DNA of 59,602 nt, the filler included. It is 7 parts of 7 records of this genome, joined end to end, with 100 filler letters (N's around TTAATTAATTAA, not from the genome) between each part and the next. Parts side by side here need not be neighbours in the genome. Positions count along the whole stretch, not along the records: positions 35,413 to 44,540 come from DRR723986_8655; positions 44,641 to 52,791 come from DRR723986_8657; 5 more parts are not named here. The stretch is one strand, 5' to 3'. A program made the position numbers and the translations under genes. Of the stretch, positions 42,145 through 52,791 are shown piece by piece (the stretch's first letter is position 1; every line of letters begins with the position of its first letter). Under the pieces are notes generated by a model. That model did no database searches, was not told where the DNA came from, and saw only the letters and a list, made by a program, of their open reading frames with translations.

Positions 42145-42999
42145 TCAAGTGGACAAAGCGCGCCAAGTGACCTGCAACCCTTGTCGCGTGATCCGCGGCT
42201 CATCCGCCAAAGTCGCAGGCGCCCCCTGCGCAGCCAGAGCATCGACATAGGCCTGCGCCATTGCGCCCTGCCCGATGACCGCCAATTGCTGACCCAACCA
42301 GAACGGGCGCGCTGCCGCTAATTCAGCGCCAATCAACCCTCCTAGAATACGCCCCCGCGCCTGCCCTTGAGACAGCCCATCCAACACCCCTTCGGCATGA
42401 ATGCTGTAGAGACGCGCCAAAATGCGTTCAGGTTTTGCCATTGCATCGCTCAGCGCGGCATCAAAGGCAGCGGACTCAAGATCTGGGCTGTTCAACCATT
42501 GTTGTAATCCGGTTTGCGCTGCCAAGGCAGCCAGCACCGCGCCGGTCATAAAGGTCTGGAAACTCACCACTTCGCCTGCGCTGACATGCACCCAACGAGT
42601 TTCAGACCCAACAAGGCACAAAACCCCGTCCCAATCCTTGTTCAGGGCTAAGAACCCCGCCACACGGGTCTCATCGCCCTGCATCATGTCCACAGGCGAT
42701 TTTTGCTTTAGCCCGGGAATGACATGCAACTGGATACGCGGATCGCCTAGGTCCATCGACCAAGCTCCCTCCGCCAGCGGCGCACAAGGGGCGGTGCCGC
42801 TAACCGGGCCAAGCAGGCCACATGCGATGATTGGAAGCGGCTTGTCTGACAGCCAGTCAGAGACCAGAGAAATCAAATTCTGCGGCGTGACGTTTAATAC
42901 GCCCTCGTGCGCCGACTCGGATACGACATCCCCGCCCTGCATGGCCCAAACCCGCTGGCGATCAGCGGCCCAATCCAATGCAATCCAATCTACGGTCAT
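42145..42999 (-). CDS. dgoK: 2-dehydro-3-deoxygalactonokinase-like protein with degenerate motifs
   Basis: IPGLKQKSPVDMMQGDET, FQTFMTG, GLIGAELAAA. Confidence 0.78.
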   Translation of the reverse strand: MTVDWIALDWAADRQRVWAMQGGDVVSESAHEGVLNVTPQNLISLVSDWLSDKPLPIIACGLLGPVSGTAPCAPLAEGAWSMDLGDPRIQLHVIPGLKQKSPVDMMQGDETRVAGFLALNKDWDGVLCLVGSETRWVHVSAGEVVSFQTFMTGAVLAALAAQTGLQQWLNSPDLESAAFDAALSDAMAKPERILARLYSIHAEGVLDGLSQGQARGRILGGLIGAELAAARPFWLGQQLAVIGQGAMAQAYVDALAAQGAPATLADEPRITRQGLQVTWRALST

Positions 43000-43070
43000 A
43001 TCTGTGGCCTTTTCTGAGGGAACTGCGGCCTGTGTACGTCAGTGGGCGTTGGCAATCCAGAGCGACCCGC

Positions 43071-43703
43071 TCAGCGCAGCGCCCAAACCGTTTCAATCGC
43101 ATCACAGCGTTCTTTCATACGATCCGTCGCCGGAGTCCGCGCGATCGCGTCCACTGAATATGCCCCCGCATAAAGGTTGCTGATTTCATCCGCCTCAACA
43201 GAAAACGGAGGGCCATCCATACGAGATTGGTCATAGTCAAAACTGATCAGCAACTGACGCGCACCGCCGGTGATATTGATCAGGTGCTGACTGTATCGCG
43301 CTCGCATGTCTTGCGGCAATGCAACAAGCGCCGCCCGATCATAGATCGCATCCACCCGGCCCAACGTCTGCACATCCAAATCAAAGATATCGCCCGCGAA
43401 CATCGTGATATCTTGCGCTTTGAACCGGGTAAGAGGGCCCAGCTCGGTAATGTCTGGGGTCAGTTCCAGTTCCTCAAACAACTGCTCAATGGCCAAACGG
43501 CTCAATTCAGCGCCGACAACCTGTAAGCCTTGCGCCAACAGCCAAGCCGCGTCCCGAGTCTTGCCGCACAGCGGAAGAAAAACCCGATCCCCCGCTGACA
43601 CCTCTAAGTGAGCGAAATGAGCCACCAGCAGCCTATTTGCCTCTGCCTCGTGAAATCCAATCCGATTGGTCTGCCAACGGTCGTGCCAAAAATCTGGGGT
43701 CAT
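43071..43703 (-). CDS. tpm: thiopurine S-methyltransferase
   Basis: FWHDRWQTNRIGFH, VFLPLCGK, YDRAALVALP, GPPFSV. Confidence 0.93.
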   Translation of the reverse strand: MTPDFWHDRWQTNRIGFHEAEANRLLVAHFAHLEVSAGDRVFLPLCGKTRDAAWLLAQGLQVVGAELSRLAIEQLFEELELTPDITELGPLTRFKAQDITMFAGDIFDLDVQTLGRVDAIYDRAALVALPQDMRARYSQHLINITGGARQLLISFDYDQSRMDGPPFSVEADEISNLYAGAYSVDAIARTPATDRMKERCDAIETVWALR

Positions 43704-43869
43704 CGAATGTAAGGCTCCTGCGTCCGGGTTTGCGCTTGAGCACAGATACGACTGAAACCCAAATGGGCGTCAAGGGAAACCCACCCGCGAGTTGTTGACA
43801 ATCCCTGCTGTCCTCGTGCCAAGTTGCGCCGCAGTCAGAGACACCGACGACCACAAGGATAGACGCCCA

Positions 43870-44540
43870 ATGATTGATCAAAGCCATTCGACACACGACG
43901 CCGAGGCAGACGACCGCAACGAGCATATCAAGATCTACGTCAATGGTCAGATCGTCCCCAAAGCCGAAGCCGTGGTATCCGTCTATGACAGTGGGTTCAT
44001 GCTGGGCGATGGCATGTGGGAAGGGATGCGGCTGTACGATGGCGAATGGGCGTTCTTTGACGAACACATGGATCGGCTGTTTAACTCGTTGAAATCTGTC
44101 TCGCTTGAGATTGATGAAACCCCCGCCGATATCCTGCGCATTCTGAACGACACTGCCAAAGCCAATGGCATGACGTCAGACGCGCATTGCCGCTTGATGA
44201 TCACCCGAGGGCGCAAGGCGAAACCGTTTCAACACCCTGCCCTGTCGCGTTTTGGCCCGACCATCGTCGCGATCATCGAACACTCAAAACCCGCCGAGAA
44301 CGTCCAAAGTCTGGGCATTCGCCTTGCCACCGTGCCACAGGTCCGTGGATTGCCGATGAGTCAGGACGCCAAATTCAACAGCCACTCAAAACTGAACTGC
44401 GTCATTGCCTGTTTGCAGGCAGAACAGGCCGGAGCGGACGAAGGCTTGATGCTGGATCCGCATGGGTTTGTGAACACGACCAATGCCTGCAATTTCTTCA
44501 TCGTGCGCCGGGGCGAGGTTTGGACCTCGACCGGGGATTA
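43870..44540 (+). CDS. class-IV PLP aminotransferase, 3'-partial
   Basis: SVYDSGFMLGDGMWEG, SHSKLN, EGLMLD, NFFIV. Confidence 0.9.
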
Positions 44541-44640
44541 NNNNNNNNNNNNNNNNNNNNNNNNNNNNNNNNNNNNNNNNNNNNTTAATTAATTAANNNN
44601 NNNNNNNNNNNNNNNNNNNNNNNNNNNNNNNNNNNNNNNN
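44541..44640. other. artificial contig linker
   Basis: N-padded TTAATTAATTAA. Confidence 0.99.
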
Positions 44641-44781
44641 TCGGAATGGTCCGGGCCGGTGCCGCGTGATATTGCCCGCACCATGCAACGGCTGATGGAG
44701 GCCCATATGATCGGCCCCGCCACCGCCCGCCGCCCTTGGCTTGCAGATAAATTCCACCTGATCGGGGACACGACCGGATGA
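44641..44781 (+). CDS. C-terminal fragment of an upstream gene, possibly a LysR-type regulator
   Basis: Open frame from the contig start ending in an ATGA overlap with cobB. Confidence 0.45.
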   Translation, partial: SEWSGPVPRDIARTMQRLMEAHMIGPATARRPWLADKFHLIGDTTG

Positions 44782-45482
44782 CACAGCCCAACGCGAAAAT
44801 CGTCATACTGACCGGTGCAGGAATTTCCGCAGAAAGCGGGATCGAAACGTTTCGCGCCGAAGATGGCCTTTGGGCGCAACACCGGGTCGAGGATGTGGCC
44901 ACCCCCGAAGGCTTTGCCCGCGATCCAGAACTGGTTGTGCAATTCTACAACGCCCGCCGCGCGCAAGCTGCTGAGGTTCATCCGAACGCCGCGCACAAAG
45001 CACTGGCCCGGCTCGAAGCGGAGCATCCCGGCGAAGTTGTCGTGATCACCCAGAACGTCGACGACCTGCACGAACGCGGTGGCTCAGACACCGTGCATCA
45101 TATGCATGGCCACCTCAAAGGCGCGCTTTGCGCGATCTGCGATCACAGGTGGCCTGCACCCATGGTCATGGCTGTTGGCGATCCCTGCCCCAGTTGCAAC
45201 GCCCCTGCGGCACGTCCTGACATCGTTTGGTTCGGCGAAATGCCCTATGAGATGGATCTGTTGTTTGACCACCTGACACAGGCGGATATTTTTGCTGCCA
45301 TCGGGACTTCTGGAAACGTTTATCCGGCGGCTGGTTTTGTGGCAGAGGCGCGCCGGGCGGGCGCTCATACGCTGGAATTCAATCTGGAACGTTCTGCTGT
45401 CGGCAACCAGTTTGCAGAGCATCGCCTGGGGCCGGCCTCCGAAACGGTCACGGCCTGGGTCGCAGAAATTTTAGGGCAGTGA
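44778..45482 (+). CDS. cobB: NAD-dependent deacylase (sirtuin)
   Basis: TGAGISAESG, TQNVDDLHE, HMHG, two CxxC, RPDIVWFGE, GTSGNVYPAA. Confidence 0.96.
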   Translation: MTQPNAKIVILTGAGISAESGIETFRAEDGLWAQHRVEDVATPEGFARDPELVVQFYNARRAQAAEVHPNAAHKALARLEAEHPGEVVVITQNVDDLHERGGSDTVHHMHGHLKGALCAICDHRWPAPMVMAVGDPCPSCNAPAARPDIVWFGEMPYEMDLLFDHLTQADIFAAIGTSGNVYPAAGFVAEARRAGAHTLEFNLERSAVGNQFAEHRLGPASETVTAWVAEILGQ

Positions 45483-45526
45483 TCACGGGAGACTCGAGTC
45501 TTCCGATCCGTTTTCGATAAACAAAC

Positions 45527-45556
45527 GAAAACAGCGCGGGCCGAAACCCGCGCTGT
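45527..45556 (-). terminator. terminator of the PCuAC gene
   Basis: ACAGCGCGGG-N6-CCCGCGCTGT with a minus-strand U-tract. Confidence 0.75.
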
Positions 45557-45563
45557 GCAAGCC

Positions 45564-46031
45564 TTAGTGGCTCATCGCGCCGTGTTTTGGTTTGCGCGTA
45601 TGGTCCACAGGGATTTTCACGTCCATGTCGCCGGCCTTTTCAAAAGTCAGCGTCACGGTGATCTCTGTGTCCTGCTCAAGCGGTGCTTTCAGCCCCATGA
45701 ACATCACGTGATCGCCGCCCCGCTTGAGCGCATGCATCTCACCCGCTGGCAACGCGATCCCGCCTTCGACCTCGGTCATTTTCATCACGCCGTTTTCGTC
45801 TTCGATATGGGTGTGCAGTTCAACCCGGCCCGCCACGTCTGAGCTGGCGGCAATCAGGCGGTCATCCTGATCGGAGTGATTCATCAACGTCATGAACGCG
45901 GCCCCCGTGGGCGAGGACGGCGTGGAGCTGCGGGCATAGGGGTCTTTGACCATAATCTCACCTGCAAACGCAGGAGCGGCCAACATGAAAAGCGCAGCAG
46001 AAGCTGCTGTAAAGAAACGTGTATATGTCAT
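45564..46031 (-). CDS. periplasmic copper chaperone PCu(A)C
   Basis: Signal peptide; ELHTH..VMKM..GGDHVMFM motif. Confidence 0.94.
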   Translation of the reverse strand: MTYTRFFTAASAALFMLAAPAFAGEIMVKDPYARSSTPSSPTGAAFMTLMNHSDQDDRLIAASSDVAGRVELHTHIEDENGVMKMTEVEGGIALPAGEMHALKRGGDHVMFMGLKAPLEQDTEITVTLTFEKAGDMDVKIPVDHTRKPKHGAMSH

Positions 46032-46038
46032 TGTCTTG

Positions 46039-46076
46039 TCCTTGGTTGATCTGAATTAGCTGGGGTCAGATCAAGG
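46039..46076 (-). promoter_or_regulatory. SD-sequestering hairpin between the RAPP leader and PCuAC
   Basis: mRNA CCUUGAUCUGA-N11-UCAGAUCAACCAAGGA: a 9-bp perfect stem, and CCUUG can pair with CAAGG over the SD. Confidence 0.7.
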
Positions 46077-46407
46077 CAGGCGGCGCCCGTGATGGGGGTG
46101 TCAATACACGCACCGCCATAGGGTCCGGCAGCGCCAGCCCACAGCCGATTTCAAAGCAAAGCACCTGTTGCGGTGCATTGATCTGCGGCGCCTCTACCTC
46201 AAACAGGACATTCAGCGCAGCGTCCGGGCAGATATGCGGCGCTGAGGTCGGCGCGCCACTGGCGTCTACATAAACCGCCGCTGGCCCGCTGCCGGTACAC
46301 AGCACCATCTGCCCCGTGGCCGCATTGGCCCCCCGCGCCACCGCCATGCTTTGGCTGGTGAGCGCCAGAACCAGAACCATCAGAAATGAGAACAAGCGGC
46401 GTGTCAT
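46066..46407 (-). CDS. DUF2946/CruR/CutF-like leader protein with C-terminal RAPP motif
   Basis: N-terminal signal, LCTGSG, HICPDA, ends in PPSRAPPALI. Confidence 0.82.
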   Translation of the reverse strand: MTRRLFSFLMVLVLALTSQSMAVARGANAATGQMVLCTGSGPAAVYVDASGAPTSAPHICPDAALNVLFEVEAPQINAPQQVLCFEIGCGLALPDPMAVRVLTPPSRAPPALI

Positions 46408-46455
46408 GCCCCTGCTCTAGCTCATGCAAGCGGGACATTCGAGGTACAAAACGAC

Positions 46456-46485
46456 GCAACCCCGGATCAGATGATCCGGGGTTGC
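46456..46485 (-). terminator. hairpin downstream of rpmB
   Basis: GCAACCCCGGATCA-GA-TGATCCGGGGTTGC. Confidence 0.75.
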
Positions 46486-46513
46486 TTAAACTCAAACTGT
46501 TCGGAGTTTCCGA

Positions 46514-46813
46514 TCAGGTCAGCGCTTCTGCTGTTGCGCTGGATTTGGCGATTGCCTTTTTGATCTTCAGCGCGTTGGCAGACAGCTCAGTATCCTTTGC
46601 CTTGGCGAGGAACTTGTCCAGGCCACCACGGTGATCCACGCTGCGCAGGGCAGCCGCAGAAATGCGCAATTTGAACGAACGGCCCAGTGCTTCGGACTGC
46701 AGTGTGGTGTCGTTCAGGTTCGGCAGAAAGCGGCGACGCGTCTTGTTGTTCGCGTGGCTTACGTTGTTGCCCGTCATCGGGCCTTTTCCGGTCAATTCGC
46801 AAACGCGCGACAT
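46514..46813 (-). CDS. rpmB: 50S ribosomal protein L28
   Basis: [33 protein letters not shown]. Confidence 0.98.
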   Translation of the reverse strand: MSRVCELTGKGPMTGNNVSHANNKTRRRFLPNLNDTTLQSEALGRSFKLRISAAALRSVDHRGGLDKFLAKAKDTELSANALKIKKAIAKSSATAEALT

Positions 46814-47057
46814 GGGTCTATCCTTTTGTTTAGTGGTGCAGCGCCAAGGGGTCGGCGCAACACATAAAACGGGCCGCGGCGGGCGACCCTGAAACTGGTT
46901 CGCTGGCTTTAGTGGGAATCGGCCAAGGCGTCAACCCGAAGTCCGCGCGAGTGCAGAATTTCGGGCTTCAGTGCCTTTGCCACATCCCCGGCCCCGGCGC
47001 CAGCCCTGCCGCGCCATTTCCTTTGCATCCCCCGCGCAGATTTGCGACACCTGCCAC

Positions 47058-47747
47058 ATGACCATACATATGCGCGCCCTTCTTGTTCATCTTTTCACCG
47101 CAACCGGTGCCGTTTTTGCCATGCTGGCCATGCTCGCGGCCGTCGATGGCAAGTGGGACATGATGTTCCTGTGGCTGGTTGTGGCGTTTTTTGTGGACGG
47201 GATCGACGGCCCGCTGGCCCGAAGGTTTGATGTCAAAACCAATGCGCCCGAATTTGACGGTGTGTTGCTGGATTTGATCATCGACTATCTGACATATGTG
47301 TTCATCCCGGCCTTTGCGCTGTTTAAATCCGGCCTCATGGACGGGTGGAGCGGCTGGGCCATGATCATCATCGTCACCTTTGCATCTGCAATGTATTTTG
47401 CCGACACCCGGATGAAGACCAAGGACAATTCCTTTTCCGGCTTTCCCGGCTGTTGGAACATGCTGGTGATCGTGCTTTTCGCCCTGCAACCGGTGTGGTG
47501 GGTCAGCCTGATCATCGTGTTCGCACTGGCCATCACGATGTTCCTGCCAATCAAATTTGTGCACCCCGTGCGCACTGAACGCTGGCGCACAGTGACTTTG
47601 CCCATGGCGCTGGCCTGGACCTTTTTCGCCGGCTGGGCGGCTTGGGTCGATTTCCATCCCGAAAGCTGGGCGCACTGGGGTTTGGTCATCACGTCAGTCT
47701 ATCTGATCTGCGCCGGCGCTGTGCAGCAGATGACCGAACCCAGATAA
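47058..47747 (+). CDS. pcs: phosphatidylcholine synthase
   Basis: VHLFTATG, DGIDGPLAR..FDGVLLDLIIDYLTY, FSGFPGCWN, FVHPVR. Confidence 0.93.
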   Translation: MTIHMRALLVHLFTATGAVFAMLAMLAAVDGKWDMMFLWLVVAFFVDGIDGPLARRFDVKTNAPEFDGVLLDLIIDYLTYVFIPAFALFKSGLMDGWSGWAMIIIVTFASAMYFADTRMKTKDNSFSGFPGCWNMLVIVLFALQPVWWVSLIIVFALAITMFLPIKFVHPVRTERWRTVTLPMALAWTFFAGWAAWVDFHPESWAHWGLVITSVYLICAGAVQQMTEPR

Positions 47748-47764
47748 GCCGGTGCATTTTCCTC

Positions 47765-47795
47765 TTGACCTCAACCTAGGTTGAGCCTGCATCAC
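47765..47795 (+). promoter_or_regulatory. MerR/SoxR-type promoter and operator
   Basis: -35 TTGACC followed by the perfect palindrome CTCAACCTAGGTTGAG (47770-47785). Confidence 0.7.
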
Positions 47796-47817
47796 AAATG
47801 CAACAAGAGGATTTGAC

Positions 47818-49275
47818 ATGACCGACGCCCCCAATTCCGCCGCCCCGTTGCCGCAACAAGACAGCTATGTGTCTTGGGGTGAATTCCTGCGCAGCGGTTA
47901 TTCTGCCCCCCTGGCGCTGGTCTGCCTTGCCGTATGGCTGCACGCCGCCGACAGCCTGATCGTGGCAACGATGTTGCCCTCGATGGTGGCAGATATTGGC
48001 GGCGCGGCCTTCGTCAGCTGGACGGTGTCCATCTATGAAATCGGGTCCATCGTCGCCGGGGCAGGCACCGCGCTTTTAACGATGCGCTACGGGCTGCGCG
48101 GCCCGATGAGCGTCGCAGCGGCCCTTTTTGGCTTGGGCTGTTTGCTCAGCGCTGTCAGTCCGACCATGGGCATTGTCCTGATGGGCCGCGTGATGCAGGG
48201 CCTTGGCGGCGGCGGCATGGTGGCGATGGCCTTTGTCGCGGTGGGCGTGTTGTTTCCCCGCCGCTATGCCGCTCGGGTATTGGCGGTGGTGTCGACGTTC
48301 TGGGGGCTCTCGGCCTTTCTGGGGCCCTTGCTGGGCGGGCTCTTCGTCGAATATGCCAATTGGCGCTGGGGCTTTGGCTTTTTCGCCGTGCAGGCCATGT
48401 GCCTCGCGATCTGGATCGCCCTGCAGGGCAGCACCGGCCCCCTTCCCCAAGACGGCCCACTGGGACGGTTCCCCGTTGTGCGGCTTGCGGTCCTCTGCCT
48501 TGCCGTTGTGCTGATCTCGGCGGGTGGTATCCGGGTTGAACCTCTGCGCTCCACCCTTCTGATCCTTGCGGGTCTGTCCTGTCTTGGCTGGTTCCTCTGG
48601 CGCGATGGGCAGGCGGGCGCAGACCGATTGCTCCCCAATGCCCCGCTTGACCCGAGGCACGCCACAGGCGCAACCCTGCTGATGATCCTGATGCTGTCGA
48701 TCGCCACCATTGGCATCCTTGCTTATGGCCCCCTTCTGATGACCACGATCCATGGCATCTCTGCGCTGACCGCCGGATACATCGTCGCGGCCTCCTCCAT
48801 CGGCTGGACCCTCGCCGCCGTGACGGTGAGTGGTGCACCCGAACGTCTTGATCGGCTGTGGATCGCCGCAGGCATGATCATGACCACCATCAGCATCCCC
48901 GGCTTTGCCTATGCCGTGCCTTCCGGTCCAATCTGGCTGATTGCGCTGTTTGCCGGGCTTGAGGGCGGCGGTTTCGGTCTGGCCTGGACATTTATCCTGC
49001 GCCGCGTCACCGCATTGGTGCCCGAAAACGAGGTTCAGCGCGTCTCAGGCGCCATCCCCACCGTGCAACGCATCGGTTATGCCCTTGGTGCCGCCTATGT
49101 CGGGATCATCGCCAATGCCGCGGGTTTCCTGACGATGACCGGCCCCGAGGACGCCGCCAGCGTGGCGCGTATCCTGTTCCTGTCCTGTCTGCCACTGGCG
49201 CTGATCGGGTTGGGCGCGATGCTGGGCCTTGTGCGCAAACATCCCTATGACACTGCAATGACCGCCGCAGATTGA
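47818..49275 (+). CDS. MFS efflux-type transporter, about 14 TM
   Basis: IVATMLPS, GRVMQGLGGG, GPLLGG, WRWGF. Confidence 0.9.
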   Translation: MTDAPNSAAPLPQQDSYVSWGEFLRSGYSAPLALVCLAVWLHAADSLIVATMLPSMVADIGGAAFVSWTVSIYEIGSIVAGAGTALLTMRYGLRGPMSVAAALFGLGCLLSAVSPTMGIVLMGRVMQGLGGGGMVAMAFVAVGVLFPRRYAARVLAVVSTFWGLSAFLGPLLGGLFVEYANWRWGFGFFAVQAMCLAIWIALQGSTGPLPQDGPLGRFPVVRLAVLCLAVVLISAGGIRVEPLRSTLLILAGLSCLGWFLWRDGQAGADRLLPNAPLDPRHATGATLLMILMLSIATIGILAYGPLLMTTIHGISALTAGYIVAASSIGWTLAAVTVSGAPERLDRLWIAAGMIMTTISIPGFAYAVPSGPIWLIALFAGLEGGGFGLAWTFILRRVTALVPENEVQRVSGAIPTVQRIGYALGAAYVGIIANAAGFLTMTGPEDAASVARILFLSCLPLALIGLGAMLGLVRKHPYDTAMTAAD

Positions 49276-49731
49276 TCAGATCAACAGCCCCGCCGCGCCC
49301 TCATGGCGCAAGAGCGCCACTTTGGTCTCGACCCCGCCGCGCCCGGAAAACCCGGTCAACCCTTTGGCCCCCATCACCCGGTGGCAGGGGATGATCACCG
49401 GGATCGGATTGCCGCCGCAGGCCTGCCCGACCGCCTGCGCCGGAACGCCAAGCGCCTTGGCTATTTCGCCGTAGGTAATGGTATAGCCAAAGGGAATCGC
49501 AGACATCGCCGCACAGACGTCCCGTTGAAAGTCAGTGCCAGCGACACGCAGGGGCAGGTCGAAATCCTCAAGCGTGCCGGCGTCATAAGCGGTCAGCTGT
49601 GCCGCCGCTTCATCAAGAAGATCGCTGGCGTCCTGTTTCCGCACCGCCCCCCAGTCCAGACGGGTGATCGCCCCGCCCTCTTCGGTCAGGGTCAGGTCGC
49701 CAAATTGTGTGGGAACGCTGCGCTGTTTCAT
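49276..49731 (-). CDS. ogt: methylated-DNA-protein-cysteine methyltransferase
   Basis: IPFGYTITYG, NPIPVIIPCHRV. Confidence 0.93.
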   Translation of the reverse strand: MKQRSVPTQFGDLTLTEEGGAITRLDWGAVRKQDASDLLDEAAAQLTAYDAGTLEDFDLPLRVAGTDFQRDVCAAMSAIPFGYTITYGEIAKALGVPAQAVGQACGGNPIPVIIPCHRVMGAKGLTGFSGRGGVETKVALLRHEGAAGLLI

Positions 49732-49867
49732 GCTGGCAGACTGCCCTGAGGGGCGGGGTTGCTCAACCCGATTCCTGTGCAATGGCTCCCTTGAGTGGAA
49801 CCATCAAGGGCAGCGCCCGACCGAGGTGGGGGTGGGGGCTGCCCGGCGTGCCGCCGGGATAAGGCCG

Positions 49868-49897
49868 TAAAAAAAAGGCCGGGCATCTCTGCCCGAC
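49868..49897 (-). terminator. ileS terminator
   Basis: A-run plus GGCCGGGCA-N3-TGCCCGACC just past the ileS stop. Confidence 0.7.
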
Positions 49898-49904
49898 CCC
49901 GCAA

Positions 49905-52791
49905 TCACCCGCGCGCTTCGTCCACCGCAGTATCGCAGCGACCGCAAACGCCGCCATGGGTATGGCTGCCCACATCCGGCAGCACCTTCCAGCAACGTTC
50001 GCATTTGTCGCCTTCCGCCTTGGCAAAGACCACGGCAACGCCTTCGGTCTCTGGCAAGCGGAATGCATCAGCCGGGGCGTCATCCCCTGACACGGTGACG
50101 CCTGAGGTGATCGACACATCCTCAAACGACACGCTTTCCAACGCTGCCCGCTGATCTGCATCCGCGACATAAACCACCGGCGCCGCTTCAAGAGAGGCTC
50201 CGATCACCTTCTCGACGCGCTGCACCTCAAGCGCGGCCGTCACCACGCGCCGTGCCGCACGCACCTGCGCCCATTTCGCCGCCAGATCCGCATCCAGCCA
50301 GCTCTGCGGTGTCTCGGGAATGTCGGTCAAATGCACCGAACTGCCCTCACCGGGGAAACGTTCAAGCCAGACCTCTTCCATGGTGAACACCAAGATCGGC
50401 GCAAGCCATGTGGTCAACCGGTGGAACAGGATATCCAGCACCGTCCGCGCCGACCGGCGGCGCAGGGTGTCGCCATCGCAATAAAGCGCATCCTTGCGGA
50501 TATCGAAGTAGAAGGCCGACAGATCCACAGTGGCAAAGGTAAAGACCGCCTGGAACACCCCCTGAAAGTCAAACTTGGCATAGCCATCGCGCACCTGCGC
50601 GTCCAGCTCGGCCAAACGGTGCAGCACCCAACGCTCCAGCTCGGGCATGTCCGCAGGCTCTACCCGGTCAGCCTCGGTGAAATCATTGAGCGACCCCAGC
50701 ATATAACGCATCGTGTTGCGCAACCGACGATAGCTGTCCGCCACACCCTTGAGGATCTCATCCCCGATCCGCTGATCTGCGGTGTAATCGGTCTGCGCCA
50801 CCCAAAGCCGCAGAATATCCGCGCCATATTGCTGCACGATCTTTTCCGGCACGATGGTGTTGCCGATAGACTTCGACATCTTCATGCCCTTGGCGTCCAG
50901 CGTGAACCCATGGGTCACGACATTGCGGTAAGGCGCACGGCCCGTGGTGCCAACAGATTGCAGCAAGGATGAATGGAACCAACCGCGGTGCTGGTCGGTG
51001 CCTTCCATATAGACATCGGCGATCCCGTCCTCGGTGCCATCTTCGCGGTCGCGCAGGGTAAAGGCATGGGTCGAGCCGGAATCAAACCACACGTCCAGAA
51101 TATCCATCACCTGATCATAGTCATCAGGGTTCACAATGCCGCCCAGGAACCGCTCTTTCGCGCCGTCCTCGTACCAGCAATCCGCGCCCTCGGCCTCGAA
51201 GGCTTCGACAACCCGCGCGTTCACCTCCGCATTGCGCAGCAGGAAATCCTCATCCGTCGGCAAAACACCCTTCTTGGTGAAGCAAGTCAGCGGCACACCC
51301 CAGGCCCGCTGCCGTGAAAGCACCCAATCGGGCCGCGCCTCCATCATCGAATGCAGACGGTTGCGCCCGGATTTGGGGGTCCAGTTCACATTGTCGATCT
51401 CGGTCAGCGCCCGCGCGCGGATGGTCGTGCCATGCATATCCAGCCCATCGCCCACCGGCTTGTCGATGGCGGCAAACCACTGCGGCGTGTTGCGATAGAT
51501 CACCGGCGCCTTGGAGCGCCAGGAATGCGGATAGCTGTGCTTGATCTTGCCGCGGGCCAGCAAACCGCCAACCTCAACCAGCTTATCGATGATCGCGGCA
51601 TTGGCATTGCCCTCTTTGCCATTCGGCTTGAGGATCGCCTTGCCGCCAAAGAACGGCAGATCATCGCGGAACCGCCCGTCAGGATTGACGTTGTAGGTGA
51701 TCACATCGGCCAACATGCCCAGATCGCGATAAAGCTCGTATTCCTCAAGACCATGCGACGGCGCACAATGCACAAAGCCGGTGCCTTCGGTATCCGTCAC
51801 AAACTCCGCCGCCCGGAAATCGCGCAGATCATCCCACTCGCCGTTCGCCCCTTCGGCCCCGGCCAATGGATGCTTCAGCGAAACGCCCGCCAGCTCATCG
51901 TTTGTGACATCGCGCAACCGGGTCCACTGACCATCCTCAAGCCGCGCCCGGCCAAAGACATCCGCTGCAAGATTGTCGGCGAGCAAGTATTTATCACCGA
52001 CATTGGCCCAGCATTCATCCGGTGTCGCCGTGACCTCATAAAGGCCATAAGAAATGCCCGCGCCGTAAACCACGGCCTTGTTTGATGGCATGGTCCATGG
52101 CGTTGTGGTCCAGATCACCACCTTGGACCCGCTCAGATCCCCGTCCGCGACCACATCGAACTTCACCCAAATGGTAAAGCTGTCCTTGTCATGATACTCG
52201 ACCTCGGCCTCGGCCAAGGCCGTCTGCTCCACCGGCGACCACATCACCGGCTTTGAGCCCTGATACAGCGTACCATTCATCAGGAACTTCATGAATTCTT
52301 CGGCGATCACCCGCTCGGCATGAAAATCCATGGTAAGATAGGGATCGGCCCAGTTGCCCTGCACGCCAAGCCGTTTGAACTCCTCGCGCTGCACATCCAC
52401 CCAACCACGGGCAAACTCGCGGCATTCGCCGCGAAACTCGTTAATCGGCACCTGATCCTTGTCCCGGCCCTTCTTGCGGTACTGCTCCTCGATCTTCCAC
52501 TCGATCGGCAGACCATGACAATCCCAACCCGGAATGTACCGCGCATCAAAGCCCATCATCTGATGGCTGCGCACGATCATATCCTTGATGGTTTTGTTCA
52601 GCGCATGCCCAATATGCAAATGCCCGTTGGCATAGGGCGGCCCATCATGCAGCGTAAAGGGCTTGCGCCCCGCCTTCTCGCGCAGGCGATCATAAACGCC
52701 GATCTCTTCCCAGCGCGCCAGCCAGTTTGGTTCGCGCTTGGGCAGGCCCGCCCGCATCGGAAAATCGGTCTTGGGCAGGTTCAGCGTGGAT
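49905..52791 (-). CDS. ileS: isoleucyl-tRNA synthetase, 5'-partial
   Basis: HDGPPYANG-HIGH, WTTTPWT, KMSKS, C-terminal zinc finger; frame open to the contig end (LNLPKTDFPMRA). Confidence 0.98.

Noticed and set aside
33307-46031. SCO/cyoE/ctaA and PCuAC as one copper-assembly system
   Set aside because: They lie on different contigs from different taxa
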